A stretch of 62,015 bases of DNA from assembly GCA_964584415.1 (NCBI GenBank), contig CAZOZX010000001.1, forward strand, positions 1-62,015. The letters run 5' to 3'. Shown here in pieces: positions 1 through 9,719 of the stretch (position 1 is the stretch's first letter; the number at the start of each line of letters is the position of its first letter). Origin of the DNA: an uncultured Syntrophomonas sp. (GTDB lineage Bacteria > Bacillota > Syntrophomonadia > Syntrophomonadales > Syntrophomonadaceae). A model generated the notes under the pieces. The model ran no database searches. It was not told where the DNA came from and saw nothing but the letters and a program-made list of their open reading frames with translations. The position numbers were made by a program, and so were the translations under genes.

Positions 1-166
1 TAATGCCCAGTGTCTGCAGATGCTCCAGAATATCATCAAGCATATCTGGCTCCAGGCTATAATTCTGAAGTTCTTCCATTATCTCTTCATACGTCAGGTT
101 TTTCTTCTTTTTACCCTTTTCGGCCAGACTACTTATGCTCTCCGCAATCTTATTTTCCAGTTTCAC
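1..166 (-). CDS. rpoD: RNA polymerase sigma factor RpoD/SigA, N-terminal fragment (continues beyond window start)
   Basis: GTG start at 166-164 preceded by GAAGGAGG. Translation VKLENKIAESISSLAEKGKKKKNLTYEEIMEELQNYSLEPDMLDDILEHLQTLGI looks like sigma-70 region 1.1. Start overlaps the dnaG stop (GTGA). Classic dnaG-rpoD synteny. Confidence 0.75.
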   Translation of the reverse strand, partial: MKLENKIAESISSLAEKGKKKKNLTYEEIMEELQNYSLEPDMLDDILEHLQTLGI

Positions 167-1938
167 AGTGAACCTCCTTCCCGGGCCAAATTTTCTACTT
201 TGGTAATATTGATTATATACTTAAGTATGGAGTGAAAATCTCCTTGATCTCCTAACAATGTCACTTGTCCGTATGTTTTTTCCCAGTGCTGTTCGGCTTT
301 TTTTTGTTCGACCCGCATTATAAATTCTTCCACTTCTCTATCCAGATCATAATTTTCTTCATCCATAAACATGGCAATCATCGCCTGGGTTGCAGATGTT
401 AATTCTAAATCTACCTTGGCTGCGATTTTCTTGATTCTTTCGTTTGGTTCCCCTTCTGTCTGGTCGTATGCAGATATAAATGCCTGGTATTCTGGATTGG
501 CAAAAAAATTTATACCAATACTCGACTTAATTTTCTTATATAGTAATGGGTCTTTTAACATTGCTGCCAGAATTTTCTCTTGAAGACCATATTTACCGTA
601 TTTAATATTATCCCGGATTCTTATGTTATTATTCCTATACTGATGTTGATTATTGCCGGACCGAAATTCCCTATAGATGATATTTTCTTCAACTTTTAGT
701 TTGCGAGCCAGCATCTTAATATATGAATCCTTCTCGACCCAACTGTTGAGATTGTCAATCTCGTCTTTGAACGTATTTATGATTCGGATTTTAGTGTCCA
801 AATCCAACAACGGGGCAGATTGGATTTGTCGTTTAAGGTTGAATTCTAAATAACTAGATACATTATTCTCGATATAATGTAAAAATCCCTCTTTCCCTAA
901 AGAATCAATAAAATCATCTGGGTCTTTGCCCGCAGGAAGACTTATGATTTCGATTTTAATCCCTGCTTGGCGTAGAATTCCTGCCGCGCGCATGGTTGCG
1001 TTCTGCCCGGCTTCATCACCATCATAGATTACGGTGACCTTTTCCGTATATCGGCGCAGCAACTGAGCTTGTTCGGCAGTAAGAGCAGTCCCAAGTGTAG
1101 CTACTACATTCATAATGCCTGCTTGGTGCAGCTTGATACAGTCCATGTATCCTTCCACTATTATGGCATTGTTTTTCTCTCTTATATTCTCTCTTGCCTG
1201 AGCCAAACCGTATAAGTTTTTTCGCTTCGAAAACAATTCGGTCTCAGGGGTATTTAGATATTTTGGCAGGACATCCCCCAAACTTCTGCCTCCAAACCCT
1301 ATAACATCACGGTTGTAAAGCATAATTGGGAAAATAACCCTGTTCCTGAATAGATCATAGAAACGGTCCTGATTATCACTGCGTTTAATAAGCCCGGAAA
1401 CTTTGAGGATCTCAGTACTATAACCCTTGGCCAACAGAAAATCAATCAGACCCTGCCAATCATCACTGGCATAACCTAGAACATAGGTTTTAATTGTTTG
1501 CTCATTTACTCCTCGCTTATCTAAATATGAACGCGCCATTTTCCCTGGAGGTCCCAGCAAATTCTGGTGATAGAATTGGGCAGCGGCATTATTTATGCCA
1601 GCAATTGTTTTGTTTAAATCAGCTTTAGATCGATCCTTGGGCCGGGTAAGTTCTACTCCTGCTTTAGCCGCCAGTAATTCCAGGGCTTCCTTGAATTCCA
1701 AACCATTTTTCTTCATGACGTAGGTAAATATATTACCGCCGGTGTGACAACCGAAGCAATAAAACATTTGCTTATCCCGGCTTACACTGAAGGAAGGAGT
1801 TTTTTCTCCATGAAACGGACACAAGCCCCAGTAATTATTTCCCCTACGGCTCAGCGGTACTGTTTCTGATATCAGTTCTACTATATCCACCTGGTCTTGG
1901 ATTTGGAGAATTTTTTGATCATCTTCGTAATACGTCAT
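163..1938 (-). CDS. dnaG: DNA primase
   Basis: 591 aa. CHC2 zinc finger CPFHGEKTPSFSVS...FYCFGCHTGG, Toprim region (IVEGYMD...YDGDEAG), C-terminal helicase-interaction domain. Confidence 0.95.
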   Translation of the reverse strand: MTYYEDDQKILQIQDQVDIVELISETVPLSRRGNNYWGLCPFHGEKTPSFSVSRDKQMFYCFGCHTGGNIFTYVMKKNGLEFKEALELLAAKAGVELTRPKDRSKADLNKTIAGINNAAAQFYHQNLLGPPGKMARSYLDKRGVNEQTIKTYVLGYASDDWQGLIDFLLAKGYSTEILKVSGLIKRSDNQDRFYDLFRNRVIFPIMLYNRDVIGFGGRSLGDVLPKYLNTPETELFSKRKNLYGLAQARENIREKNNAIIVEGYMDCIKLHQAGIMNVVATLGTALTAEQAQLLRRYTEKVTVIYDGDEAGQNATMRAAGILRQAGIKIEIISLPAGKDPDDFIDSLGKEGFLHYIENNVSSYLEFNLKRQIQSAPLLDLDTKIRIINTFKDEIDNLNSWVEKDSYIKMLARKLKVEENIIYREFRSGNNQHQYRNNNIRIRDNIKYGKYGLQEKILAAMLKDPLLYKKIKSSIGINFFANPEYQAFISAYDQTEGEPNERIKKIAAKVDLELTSATQAMIAMFMDEENYDLDREVEEFIMRVEQKKAEQHWEKTYGQVTLLGDQGDFHSILKYIINITKVENLAREGGSL

Positions 1939-2016
1939 GATATCAACCTACTATTCTATACAGCTAGTGAAATACCTCTTTAGCTGTTGAAAAAAATCGC
2001 AATTACATTGAAACTA

Positions 2017-3090
2017 TTAGCCTGCACGATAGGGGCTGAAAATCTTTCCCGTCTCCGGAACCATAGACTGAGGTATATAAATATCCTGGAAAAGATTTAT
2101 ACAATATGCATCGCTCATACCAGAGATATAATCCAAAACCGCCCTTTCCCTACCCTCTTCATCCGCTATTTGGAGGTATAGCGGGCTCATCTTATCGGGA
2201 TATTTCATGTAATACTCGTAAAGATGGGATATTATGAACATGGCTCGATTACGCTCCTCCAAGCATACGGATCCCCGGTATATGTTTTCAAACATGAATT
2301 CCCTTAGTCCCCATAAAGCTCTTTCTATCTCCTTACTCGGTTCAACTACGACCGACTCCTCGGCATCAATCAGCTTACGCGTATGGAATATAGTATCTAT
2401 TACCAGGGTAGCTATCCTTTGGCTATGGGTAACACCCAAAATATCTAATAGTTCTTTGGGAATCTCATCCAGGGTCAATAATCCTGCCCGGATAGCGTCA
2501 TCTATGTCGTGCTGAACGTAGGCTATCTTGTCACTTATTCGGATAACCTGCCCTTCCAGGGTTGAGGCCAATGGCCCACCTTGACCATAACCACTATGAT
2601 GGATGACCCCGTCCAAAACTTCAGCAGTCAGATTTAAACCGCTATGCTCTTTGTGTTGTTCCACCCGGGTCAGAACCCTGATGCTATTCTCGCTGTGGCG
2701 AAAATGACCGCAGCTGATCTCATTTAATATTTGTTCGCCGGCATGGGCAAACGGGGTATGACCAACATCGTGAGCCAGGGCGATAGCTTCAATAAGATCA
2801 AGGTTGAGATTCAGTCCTGCACCTATAGTACGAGCGATTTGGCTCACTTCCAGGGTATGGGTTAGACGAGTTCGGTAATGGTCACCCGGGGGAGCAACAA
2901 ATACCTGGGTTTTGTGTTTTAGACGCCGGAAAGACTTAGAATGGATTATCCGGTCCCTATCTATCATAAAACAGGTACGGATAGGGTCAGGTTCTTCCCT
3001 CTTCTGCCGTCCACCCGAACATTTGGATGGTACCGCCAGTTTGCTAAGACTTGCCGATTCCCTAGCTTCTATTTCCTCCCTTACGGTCAT
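2017..3090 (-). CDS. dGTP triphosphohydrolase-like HD-domain protein
   Basis: 357 aa. FRRLKHKTQVF...DHYRTRLTHTLEVSQIAR...LAHDVGHTPFAHAGE motifs of the dGTPase/HD family. RBS AAGGGGTGA. Confidence 0.85.
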   Translation of the reverse strand: MTVREEIEARESASLSKLAVPSKCSGGRQKREEPDPIRTCFMIDRDRIIHSKSFRRLKHKTQVFVAPPGDHYRTRLTHTLEVSQIARTIGAGLNLNLDLIEAIALAHDVGHTPFAHAGEQILNEISCGHFRHSENSIRVLTRVEQHKEHSGLNLTAEVLDGVIHHSGYGQGGPLASTLEGQVIRISDKIAYVQHDIDDAIRAGLLTLDEIPKELLDILGVTHSQRIATLVIDTIFHTRKLIDAEESVVVEPSKEIERALWGLREFMFENIYRGSVCLEERNRAMFIISHLYEYYMKYPDKMSPLYLQIADEEGRERAVLDYISGMSDAYCINLFQDIYIPQSMVPETGKIFSPYRAG

Positions 3091-3221
3091 TTAATCACCC
3101 CTTTTCAAGACCGAAAATTCAGCTGCACCGGTTTATTAATTTATACTCTTCCCAACAAAATGGTTTAAAGACCGTCGTAATTTTCATTTTTTGATATCAA
3201 ACAAATTGTATTGGTAGGCAT

Positions 3222-3250
3222 ATTATACCAGAAATATATTCATCCACAAA
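3222..3250 (-). promoter_or_regulatory. candidate extended -10 promoter for the dGTPase-like gene
   Basis: Minus strand reads TTTGTG-17 nt-(TGG)TATAAT. The TGnTATAAT extended -10 is at 3230-3222. It would give a 5' UTR of about 125 nt. Confidence 0.4.
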
Positions 3251-3400
3251 CATATGTTCTCAGCTAAACACTTTATATTCTTAATTACGTTTGGGTACTC
3301 AGATATCTTTCTACTACTCTTTATACTACAAGGTCGCCTTAATTCCTTTTGAGTCAATTACCAGAACACCCGGGTGAGAAGCCTAACATATATACCCAAC

Positions 3401-3429
3401 AAAAAAGGAGCTCCTTTCTATGGAGCTCC
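3401..3429 (-). terminator. intrinsic terminator after ppdK
   Basis: Minus-strand RNA GGAGCUCC-AUAGAAA-GGAGCUCC followed by UUUUUU, 22 nt after the ppdK stop. Confidence 0.7.
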
Positions 3430-3451
3430 TGTGAGAGGTTCATAGAAACGT

Positions 3452-6097
3452 TTAACCGTTCTTTATTTTTGCCTGAGCTGCTGACAACCGGGCAATTGGA
3501 ATTCTATAAGGTGAACAGCTTACATAATTAAGCCCGATGAGGTGACAAAATTCTACAGAACTTGGTTCTCCACCATGCTCCCCGCAAATACCCATTAGGA
3601 TATCCGGACGTACCGCGCGGGCTTTCTCGACCGCTATTTTCATTAACGCCCCCACCCCTTTTCGATCCAGAACCGCAAATGGATTATCTTTCATAATTTT
3701 TCTTTCCAGATAAACCGGTATAAATTTGCCTTCAGCATCGTCACGGCTAAATCCCAAGGTTGTCTGGGTTAAATCGTTGGTACCAAACGAGAAGAACTCA
3801 GCTTGTTGGGCAATTTCATCAGCAACTATACAAGCCCGCGGCAATTCCAACATTGTACCCAAAACAAAATCCAGTTCTTTTTGCTTGGTTTGTTTAAGTT
3901 GGGCATATACAGTTAGTATGTCTTCCCGTAGCAAGGTGAATTCCATCTGGTCCATTACTAAGGGGATTTCAACCTCGGTGAAGGTATTAATGCCTTCATC
4001 CTGGAGTTGGTACATTGCTTCAAAAATGGCCCGGGCCTGCATAATATAAATTTCAGGATAGGTTAGTCCCAGTCGGCAGCCTCTATGGCCAAGCATAGGA
4101 TTCGCTTCCGACAATTGATGTACCTTTTTGGCCAGCTGTTCTTTAGCATAGATCTCGTAAGGATTAGCATTTTTGTATTTCATGTCGGCAATTTCCAACA
4201 ACAAGGATTCATGATCGGGGAGGAACTCATGTAAAGGCGGATCCAGCAGTCTGATTGTTACCGGGTAGGGCGCCATCGCTTTAAGGATTCCGTAAAAGTC
4301 TTCGCGCTGGAATGGCAGCAATTTGGTCAGGGCAATCTCCCGGTCACCTAAATTATCGGCTAGAATCATTTCTTGAACAATTGGCAGGCGTTCTTGGGCC
4401 ATAAACATATGCTCGGTACGGCACAGACCTATTCCCTGCGCACCGAATTCTCTTGCCTTGGATGCATCTTCTGGAGTATCAGCATTAGCCCGAACCCCTA
4501 TCTTTTTAACCTCATCAGCCCAACTGAGTAATGTTTGGAACTCTTCCGATAAAGTCGGTTCGATCATAGGAACTTCACCCAACATTACATTACCGCTAGA
4601 TCCGTCGAGTGTAATAATGTCCCCTTCTTTAACCACTATACCGTTAACACTAAACTGCTTAGCCTCAAAATCTATCTTTATAGCCTCACAACCGCACACG
4701 CAAGGTTTTCCCATCCCACGAGCGACCACTGCTGCGTGCGATGTCATGCCCCCGCGAGCGGTCAAAACTCCCTGCGAATGAACAATCCCGTGAATATCGT
4801 CGGGGGCAGTTTCATTGCGCACCAACACGACTCTCTCCCCGGATTCGCCTAATTTCTCAGCCAAGTCTGCATCCAAGACTACTTTACCACTTGCCGCTCC
4901 CGGAGAGGCAGGAAGTCCTTTTGCTATAGGATCCAATTGGGCACTTGTATCAATCTGTCTATGTAGAAGCTGATCGATCTGTTCAGGGTCGATCCTCAGG
5001 AGAGCTTCATCCTTACTTATAAGTCCCTCACCAACCATATCCACCGCTATTTTAACCGCTGCTTTGGTTGTTCTTTTGCCGGTCCTGGTCTGCAGCATAT
5101 ACAGAACGCCTTTTTCTACGGTGAACTCTATGTCTTGCATATCGCGATAATGTTTTTCCAGATTAGTACAAGTATCCACAAACTGTTTAAATACGGAAGG
5201 GAGATTTTCCTGCAATTTTGATATAGGCAGAGGGGTTCTGATTCCCGCCACCACATCTTCTCCTTGGGCATTGACCAGGAATTCACCGTATAATTCTCGC
5301 TCGCCAGTCGACGGACTCCGAGTAAAGGCAACGCCAGTACCGCAATCTTCGCCCAGATTTCCAAAAGCCATACATTGAACATTTACTGCCGTCCCAAGGT
5401 CATCACCTATTTTATTGATACGACGGTATACGATAGCCCTCTGATTATTCCAGGAACCAAATACGGCTTTGATGGCCATTATCAACTGTTCCCGTACATC
5501 TTGCGGAAATTCTATTGCCTTATCTTGTTTTACCTGCCGTTTGTATTCGATAATTATCTCCTTCAATTCGGAGGCTGGTATCTCATAATCAAAAATCAAC
5601 CCTAATTTGCGTTTATGTCTCTCTATAACCTCATCAAAATGAGAGTGTTCCATCTCCAGGACCACATTGCCGAACATTTGGATAAATCTGCGATAGCAAT
5701 CATAGGCGAATCTCTCATCACCAGATAAGGAAGCCAGTCCTTGGACAGACTCATCATTAAGTCCCAAGTTCAATATAGTATCCATCATCCCCGGCATAGA
5801 GACTGCCGCTCCAGAACGCACTGAAACTAACAGGGGGTTTTGCTTATCACCAAATTTTTTCCCGGTTTTCTCTTCCAATGTACTTAAGGCTGCAAATGTC
5901 TGTTCCAGGGTACCTTCCGGGAAGTCCTGATTGAGGGATAGATATTCATTACAGGCTTCAGCTGTAATTGTAAATCCGGGGGGCACCGGTAATCCGATAT
6001 TGGTCATCTCGGCCAGATTTGCACCCTTTCCTCCCAACAGGGCACGCATATCGGATTTTCCTTCCTCAAACAGGTAGACATATTTCTTACTAGACAT
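3452..6097 (-). CDS. ppdK: pyruvate, phosphate dikinase
   Basis: 881 aa. ATP-grasp N-terminus, swivel phosphohistidine region GGMTSHAAVVARGMGKPCV, PEP-utilizing C-terminal TIM barrel (FFSFGTNDLTQ, GICGEHGG). Confidence 0.95.
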   Translation of the reverse strand: MSSKKYVYLFEEGKSDMRALLGGKGANLAEMTNIGLPVPPGFTITAEACNEYLSLNQDFPEGTLEQTFAALSTLEEKTGKKFGDKQNPLLVSVRSGAAVSMPGMMDTILNLGLNDESVQGLASLSGDERFAYDCYRRFIQMFGNVVLEMEHSHFDEVIERHKRKLGLIFDYEIPASELKEIIIEYKRQVKQDKAIEFPQDVREQLIMAIKAVFGSWNNQRAIVYRRINKIGDDLGTAVNVQCMAFGNLGEDCGTGVAFTRSPSTGERELYGEFLVNAQGEDVVAGIRTPLPISKLQENLPSVFKQFVDTCTNLEKHYRDMQDIEFTVEKGVLYMLQTRTGKRTTKAAVKIAVDMVGEGLISKDEALLRIDPEQIDQLLHRQIDTSAQLDPIAKGLPASPGAASGKVVLDADLAEKLGESGERVVLVRNETAPDDIHGIVHSQGVLTARGGMTSHAAVVARGMGKPCVCGCEAIKIDFEAKQFSVNGIVVKEGDIITLDGSSGNVMLGEVPMIEPTLSEEFQTLLSWADEVKKIGVRANADTPEDASKAREFGAQGIGLCRTEHMFMAQERLPIVQEMILADNLGDREIALTKLLPFQREDFYGILKAMAPYPVTIRLLDPPLHEFLPDHESLLLEIADMKYKNANPYEIYAKEQLAKKVHQLSEANPMLGHRGCRLGLTYPEIYIMQARAIFEAMYQLQDEGINTFTEVEIPLVMDQMEFTLLREDILTVYAQLKQTKQKELDFVLGTMLELPRACIVADEIAQQAEFFSFGTNDLTQTTLGFSRDDAEGKFIPVYLERKIMKDNPFAVLDRKGVGALMKIAVEKARAVRPDILMGICGEHGGEPSSVEFCHLIGLNYVSCSPYRIPIARLSAAQAKIKNG

Positions 6098-6911
6098 TAC
6101 TTAACCTCCTATAGTAGATTTCAAGTATTTTGCTGGCAGTCTCTTCAACAGCCCGGTTGGTTACATCTATTACAGGGCATCCTAGCCTTTTCATAATGGA
6201 ATCGGCAAATTCCAGCTCTTCTACAATTCTTTCGTAGTTTGCATAGCTGGCTTGTCCAGTTAATCCCAGGGTTTTAAGTCTTTCAATACGGATACTGTTC
6301 AATAAATCGGGTTTGATAACCAGACCAATCACTTTACCCCGCTCTAATTGAAACAATTCTTCGGGAGGTGTTACCTCAGGTACCAGCGGGACATTAGCCA
6401 CTTTCACGCGTTTATGTGCCAGGTACATGGAAAGCGGCGTTTTGGACGTTCGGGAAACCCCGACCAGAACGATATCAGCCAGAGTAATTCCTTTAGGATC
6501 TTTGCCGTCATCATAACGCACCGCAAATTCCACTGCTTCAACTCGTCGGTAATACATTTCATCTACCCTGCGTAAAAGGCCAGGTTCTCTTTTAGGGGCC
6601 AGATGACTGGCTTCTTCGAAGGCCAAAATAATAGGTCCTAATATATCTACACATACGACTCCGACTCTTCGGGCTTCCTGACGCAAAAATTCCGCTAGTT
6701 CATCCAAAACCAGGGTGTAAGCAATCATAAAATTACTTTCCATAGCCTGATGGACAACCTCGGCGATGGTTCCTTTATCAGAAATATTGGGTATCTGCCT
6801 TATTTCCATGGTACCAGAATTAAATTGGCTGGCTGCCGCCCTAACCACCATCTCAGCTGTTTCACCAATCGAATCTGATACTATAAACACCCCGGGTAAG
6901 TGATCCGTCAA
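6090..6911 (-). CDS. pyruvate phosphate dikinase / PEP synthetase regulatory protein (PDRP, DUF299; YqfL-like kinase/phosphorylase)
   Basis: 273 aa. VSDSIGETAE N-terminus and P-loop VGVSRTSKTPLS typical of PDRP. TTG start with GAGGAGG RBS. 8-nt overlap with ppdK. Confidence 0.9.
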   Translation of the reverse strand: MTDHLPGVFIVSDSIGETAEMVVRAAASQFNSGTMEIRQIPNISDKGTIAEVVHQAMESNFMIAYTLVLDELAEFLRQEARRVGVVCVDILGPIILAFEEASHLAPKREPGLLRRVDEMYYRRVEAVEFAVRYDDGKDPKGITLADIVLVGVSRTSKTPLSMYLAHKRVKVANVPLVPEVTPPEELFQLERGKVIGLVIKPDLLNSIRIERLKTLGLTGQASYANYERIVEELEFADSIMKRLGCPVIDVTNRAVEETASKILEIYYRRLSNV

Positions 6912-6928
6912 ATTAATACCTCCTCGTT

Positions 6929-7576
6929 TTATTTCAAGGCTAGGTCAAGAAACAGACGGGTAATGTTGGTCTTGGTAATCCGCCCCAATACTTCCTGACT
7001 TTCTTCTCCGGAACTGCCAATGTTCATTCTAAGCACTGGCAAGGAATCCACTTCGTGTTCAACCAATTTTTTTACCGCCTCAACTACTGTATCATCGCTA
7101 TTCACTGTAATAACATTAGGCATACGGGTCATTATTACTGTAACCGGCACCTTGTGAATGTCCACCTGACCCATGGTGGCTTTGAGAAGATCCTTCCTCG
7201 AAGCTACTCCAGCCAAGGAATTGTCTTCTTCAACAATAAAAATGGTTCCGGTATCTTCTATAAATAAGGTTACGATGGCGTCATATATACTGCATTTTTC
7301 TTTAATCACCACCGGCATGGACATTATGTCTTTGACCCGGTATTGATTGAGTATCTTTTTCACCTTATTACTGAAACCATCAGCTTTATACGTATATCCG
7401 ACCCTGGGTTTTGCCTCCAGATAACCAGACATGGTCAAAACAGCCAGGTCCGGTCGCAAAGCTGCCCTGGTAACTTCAAGAAGTTCAGCAATACTCTCGC
7501 CGGTAATAGGGCCGTGGCTTTTCACTATATCCAGAATTTTCTCTTGCCGCTCATTAAGCTCGATTTTTTTCACCAC
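6929..7576 (-). CDS. ccpN: CcpN-like transcriptional repressor (HTH + tandem CBS domains)
   Basis: 215 aa. N-terminal HTH (ERQEKILDIVKSHGPITGESIAELLEVTRAALRPDL) followed by CBS pair. Same position relative to glyS and yqfL as B. subtilis ccpN. Confidence 0.75.
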   Translation of the reverse strand: MVKKIELNERQEKILDIVKSHGPITGESIAELLEVTRAALRPDLAVLTMSGYLEAKPRVGYTYKADGFSNKVKKILNQYRVKDIMSMPVVIKEKCSIYDAIVTLFIEDTGTIFIVEEDNSLAGVASRKDLLKATMGQVDIHKVPVTVIMTRMPNVITVNSDDTVVEAVKKLVEHEVDSLPVLRMNIGSSGEESQEVLGRITKTNITRLFLDLALK

Positions 7577-7661
7577 CCAATTATGCTATACTTTTTGGGT
7601 AATTACACACCAATTACATATACTATATAGACTAAAAAAATCCTGTTGGCAAGGAAAATTT

Positions 7662-9719
7662 TTAAGATACCACTCTGGTAAAATCTGCTATTGAGTTGCA
7701 TAAGCCAGCTATAGATTTCAATATACCAAGTCTGGCAGCCCTTAATTCTTCATCCTCGACCATTACCATAACTGCCTCAAAAAAGCTATCTACATCCATA
7801 CGCAATTCGGCGAGCAGCTTTAATCCATCAGTGTATCCGCCTTCCTGGATCAACTTTTCTAATACGGGTTTGACTTGCAGGTAATGATTATAAAGAACCT
7901 TCTCACTTTCATCTATAAGGACTTCGGGGACCACTGCCCGGCTTTCCCATTTCTTACTCAGATTGTGGGAGCGGTTAAATACCACTAAGAAGTCCTCCCA
8001 CTCAGCTGCGTTCTTGAATTGACTGACAGCCTCCGCTTGGTCGACAATCTGGAGTAAATTGTTGTTCCCCTGGTATAAGACGGCATCGATTACGTCATAG
8101 GAATAGCCCTTGTCCAGCATAAATCCCCGCATTCTTTGCAAAATAAAATCCATTAGGTCAGCTGCTGTGTTGTCTGCACTGACATCAAGCTTAAAACTAT
8201 CCATCAAGTTATGGGTTTTAACTATCAAAGACCGGAGATCAATTCTAATTCCTGCGTCCAGAATTATATTAACGATACCGAGTGCTTGACGTCTCAAGGC
8301 ATAGGGATCCTGGGAACCAGATGGTTTTATGCCCAGGGCAAAGAACGCAGTTAGGTTAAAGAGCTTCTCCGCTAAAGCTAGAGCAATACCGGTAGCCGAC
8401 CTGGGATTACCATCACCGGCAAACCTGGGAAGGTAGTGTTCAACAATGGCTTCAGCGACTTCCTTATCTTCATTACCATGGAGAGCATAATATCTTCCCA
8501 TGATTCCCTGTAATTCCGGGAATTCGTAAACCATGTTGCTGAGCAGGTCAGCTTTACAGAGTAAAGCTGCTCGGTCCAGTTTGTCAGGGCTGCTGAGCCC
8601 AAGTTCATTCCCTAAAATAACAGCCAATTTACGCAGGCATTCTACTTTTTCGAATACGCTGCCGAGCCTTTCATGGAAAAGGACGTCTTTGAGTCCTGGC
8701 ACCAATTCAGATAGTGGTTGGGAGGTATCTTCCTTCCAGAAGAAAAGGGCATCCTCTAAGCGGGCTTTAAGAACTCTTTCGTTACCAGACCTGACCTGGT
8801 CCAAATAATAATCTGTTCCATTCCTGACCCCGATAAAACCAGCCATAAGCTGGTCATTTTTATCGAATACTGGGAAATAACGTTGGTTGCCAATCATGCT
8901 GGTTGTAAGAACCTCGGGAGGAACCTCCAGGTACGATTCCGAAAAGCGTCCATAAAAAGCGGTGGGATACTCGACTAAAAAGGTTACTTCCTCAAGCAGG
9001 TCTTCGTTTTCCTTAGCCGCACCCCCAGCTATATCTGCCACTTCCTTAACCTGAGACCAGATTCTTTCCATTCTCTCCTTATGGTCAACAATCACAAAAT
9101 TGTCACGCAATACCGCAAAATAATCACTTATACTATTCACCGGAATTGGTTCAGGAGCCAGGAAACGGTGTCCCATGGTCCAGCCGGCACTGCCCACATT
9201 TTCGATAGTGATATTAATCATTTTATCTCCGAACATAACCAGTAACCATCTGATAGGACGGGCAAAGCGGGTAAGATAATATCCCCACCGCATCGATCGC
9301 GGGAAGTTCAATGAACAGATAACTTCGGTGATAAGATTCGGCAATAACTCTTCTGTCAGTACTCCAGTTTCTTGTTTTACTGCATAAACATACTCATCTT
9401 TGACTCGTAATTCCGATACATCAATCCCCTGGCTGCGGGCAAAGCCTTGTGCCGCCTTGCTGGGAGTGCCGTCTGGATTGTAGGCACTGCTTTTTTTGGG
9501 CCCCCGGCTCTCGGCTACACTGTCTTCCTGCCTTTCTTCCAGGCCTTTAACGTGTAATACCAATCGGCGGGGAGTACCCATAGTGGCAATATCAGTAAAA
9601 CCTATACGGCTGGATTGGAACTTGGTTACAGCAATAGACTTTAGATCATCCAGGGCTGCCTTCATCAATGCCGAAGGTATCTCTTCTACACCGATCTCAA
9701 GAAGCATGTCTTTGCTCAT
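7662..9719 (-). CDS. glyS: glycine--tRNA ligase beta subunit
   Basis: 685 aa, typical GlyS sequence. Start overlaps the glyQ stop by 1 nt (TAATG). Confidence 0.95.
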   Translation of the reverse strand: MSKDMLLEIGVEEIPSALMKAALDDLKSIAVTKFQSSRIGFTDIATMGTPRRLVLHVKGLEERQEDSVAESRGPKKSSAYNPDGTPSKAAQGFARSQGIDVSELRVKDEYVYAVKQETGVLTEELLPNLITEVICSLNFPRSMRWGYYLTRFARPIRWLLVMFGDKMINITIENVGSAGWTMGHRFLAPEPIPVNSISDYFAVLRDNFVIVDHKERMERIWSQVKEVADIAGGAAKENEDLLEEVTFLVEYPTAFYGRFSESYLEVPPEVLTTSMIGNQRYFPVFDKNDQLMAGFIGVRNGTDYYLDQVRSGNERVLKARLEDALFFWKEDTSQPLSELVPGLKDVLFHERLGSVFEKVECLRKLAVILGNELGLSSPDKLDRAALLCKADLLSNMVYEFPELQGIMGRYYALHGNEDKEVAEAIVEHYLPRFAGDGNPRSATGIALALAEKLFNLTAFFALGIKPSGSQDPYALRRQALGIVNIILDAGIRIDLRSLIVKTHNLMDSFKLDVSADNTAADLMDFILQRMRGFMLDKGYSYDVIDAVLYQGNNNLLQIVDQAEAVSQFKNAAEWEDFLVVFNRSHNLSKKWESRAVVPEVLIDESEKVLYNHYLQVKPVLEKLIQEGGYTDGLKLLAELRMDVDSFFEAVMVMVEDEELRAARLGILKSIAGLCNSIADFTRVVS

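Noticed and set aside
7600-7661. Possible terminator between glyS and ccpN (UCCUUGCCAACAGGA followed by U7)
   Set aside because: The stem is only 4-5 bp with an internal mismatch, too weak to call. Read-through from glyS into ccpN cannot be excluded.
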